64,000 nucleotides of DNA from Squalus acanthias (Eukaryota), in contig CM059432.1 of NCBI GenBank assembly GCA_030390025.1, forward strand, positions 87,050,001 through 87,114,000, written 5' to 3'. The position numbers and the translations under genes are program-made. The notes beneath the pieces were generated by a model, which worked only from the letters and a program-made list of their open reading frames with translations, was not told the DNA's origin and did not search any database. Positions 61,487-64,000 of this stretch are shown here, in pieces (within the stretch, counting starts at the first letter, position 1; the number at the start of each line of letters is the position of its first letter).

Positions 61487-62589
61487 TAAGTTTTTTTTAA
61501 ATAGATTTAAATATCCAGAAAATTTCTTGTGTAATTACACAGTATTGGATACACATGATAGCCCCTGAACAGAAACAGTAATGACTCTGATCTCAAATTT
61601 TTGTTAACTGCAGTTTCTTTTGTTAAGTTGTTTTTTATTTCCTTAATTCAGCTCCTTTACTTCAGTGGTAATAAATATGATAATTAACATTTAGAAACTG
61701 ATCTGTTGAACGCAGACTGCAAGGGAGTTGATGTGTTTCGGCGTTTGTGAGCTCTCCTCCAGCGTCATGAGTCACATCCCCAGTGGAATTGTAATATTAT
61801 TCTGATGCCTATATTTACCACAGTGCTGCAGAGCATTTAACAGAAAATCAGCTCCAAAATAGATTGCTAAAACCTTTAAAGTCCATGGCTGCTCTCATAC
61901 CATTTCTGCATGCAACCAACAACACAGTTAAATTACTACAGGCAGGGTAATTAAATTCCCCCACCCCCTTCCTGTTCATAAGACAGATGTTTATTAAAAT
62001 AAACAAGATAATAGCTGGCAGTTAAATAAGTCAGTTAATTGCTGGTCATAAATTTCGCAGCAGTAGGTGATATCCATCTAACCCTAAGAGCAGCAGGGAA
62101 GAAGACCTGGGTGAAAATGAATTGTTCCTTTAAATGATTTCCTCATGAAATAGGAGGGAGCCCATTCTATTCCCAGGAATGTCTTTCAGTGTTAGAAACA
62201 TCAATGCACAGGGTGGGAGAGTAATGAACACAGTTTTATTTTCTTGATGGAACAAAACAGAACTTTTAATTATTTCACAAATAAATCACCTTGTTGGGTC
62301 AAATATGCTTTCAAACTAAAATCTACTTATTAGCCCTTCAGCTGCCTACTAAATGTTTGCCAGCTGAGCGAACCTGATGATTTCACTGATCTGGTCACTG
62401 CTGAAAATAAGCAGCTGTTCAATGAAAGACTTTGATGGTTATTGCTTCAGTTGAAATATTCACACCCTTATGTTGCCTATTAAAAAATAACTCTTTTTCT
62501 CGTAAATTATCTTGCCTCCCCACTCTGCTCCTGAAGGTGGTAACTCTTTGGTGGGATATTATTCCATGGTTTCCGGGCTCTCTGGCACC

Positions 62590-62850
62590 TCATCCAAGTG
62601 GCCATTATTTAACTGCAAAGGGAATTACAGTCAAGCCTGTCCTGTCTTTACATGACCTTCACACCTATGCACTTCCCAGCAAAAGTCATGGATAATGATC
62701 AGGAGCTTGAACCGTGGCCAATTTTCCCCTCATTATCCCTAGGTACTAGGCTAATTGTGGTGACTCTGGCCGTCCCTTCTGGGATCATCTAACTGGGGAT
62801 CGAACCTGGAATCTTACTGGTCTTATGACTGGTCTTCAGCTACTCAATGT
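62590..62850 (-). mobile_element. Old tRNA-derived SINE-like repeat
   Basis: Reverse-strand B box GGTTCGATCCC near 62796-62806. Blocks shared with 20790-21060. Confidence 0.45.
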
Positions 62851-63079
62851 GTTACCTTTACACTACAATTTTGGCAGTGAGGCCACATCTCTGTGGTGCT
62901 TCGCTGATACTTCGAGGGAAATTTTACGGGTTTGCATTCCAAGCTCAGACCTTCATCTGCTGGGAGCACATACTGGGAACAGACAGTCTCCAAAGTTCCG
63001 ATATGCGCTTGTGCTGCACGGCCAAATATCCTACATATCTAGTCTCGCACAATATTCCTTATTTAAAAAAAAACACTTT

Positions 63080-63180
63080 TAACAGCACCATATTCTCTTA
63101 GTACCTCATTGGAGGGTCAGCCTAGATTATTATTTCTGACGCACAAGTGACAGTGCTACTAACTGAGCCAAGCTGACAGA
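63080..63180 (-). mobile_element. SINE 5' fragment (Deu-SINE-like)
   Basis: The reverse strand reads TGTCAGCTTGGCTCAGTTAGTAGCAC (A box) ... TAATCTAGGCTGAC. Confidence 0.45.
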
Positions 63181-63727
63181 CTTGAAAGAGTGGAGAAAAC
63201 TAGAAAAAACTTATAGGTTCAAATTCCTGTGGATTCAAAAGATATATTTATTCGGTGACAATTCTGATACACATGCAACTCGGTGCTGATGCCTGAAGGT
63301 TTTTATTTTGTTGACAGCCCATGTTGCCAACAAAAATTCAAAAATTGGAAGTTGTGTCAGTTCTAACTCATCTTTAGTTGACCGGAAGCAATATTTCAAA
63401 TTACTGCAATGTAAACATGATTTTATATTTTGTGTGAGGAAAATAAACCTTTCCCTAGGATCTCTGTGAGCCTTTATTGTTTGGACTGGACACATTTAGC
63501 CACCACAGATCCATTATATTTTAATCATCTTAATTTTTTCTCCTTTGTACAAACTAAAGTGTAGATTTTATCTGATGTTAAATTTGTTTATGTTGGCATG
63601 TTTAAAACAATTTTTGTGTGACAGTTCTCTTCTATACCAATATTTCTCACCTCCCCATCTCTTCTGCTGAGGGCTATAGTTAAAACATCTCCTGGGGCAT
63701 TGTTCATGGTGAGTTGGAGGTTACTCT

Positions 63728-64000
63728 GGGGGTGAAATTGGGCTCGGTCGCGCCCGTTTGTTGGGCGCTACAAGGCCCCTTAAGGTTCCAAAATGGCTGC
63801 GGCACGTGTGTACACTTCTGACACAAAGTGCACCAGACACCATATTGGTAAAAGAGTTAGCACGTGCACCTAACTTCCACGGGAAGTATTCAGAGCAGGC
63901 AGATCATAACGTCAATCAGCATGCAACGCTGATTTGACACCAGCGCTGCCATTTTGGAGCTCCACACTCCAGCCTGTGCCCTCTCTCAACCTCCCATAGC
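63728..64000. mobile_element. Start of another Harbinger-like element running off the window
   Basis: GGGGGTGAAATTGGGCTC terminus and GGGCGCTA motif, similar to the MITE at 24017-24789. Confidence 0.55.

Overview
This is eukaryotic, repeat-dense DNA, most likely intronic or intergenic sequence from a cartilaginous fish (inferred from an HE1-like V-SINE and the CR1/L2 repertoire). No prokaryotic genes, rRNA, true tRNA genes or CRISPR arrays are visible. The window is a stack of nested transposons. (i) Several PIF/Harbinger DNA transposons occur at different stages of decay: two carry a 3-exon Myb/SANT gene convergent with a DDE transposase, two are copies of one internal-deletion derivative, and the rest are older relics and MITEs. 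(ii) A 14.4-kb hAT-like non-autonomous element (TIRs plus 8-bp TSD) splits an L2 LINE and contains a 12.2-kb (GA)n-CTG satellite with higher-order duplications. (iii) A Penelope-type 82-bp perfect palindrome carries a minimal hammerhead-ribozyme motif. (iv) There are many CR1, L2 and other LINE fragments and SINEs. A few weak candidate host exons are present but could not be assigned to a gene. Coordinates of degenerate repeats are approximate and all alignments were done by eye.
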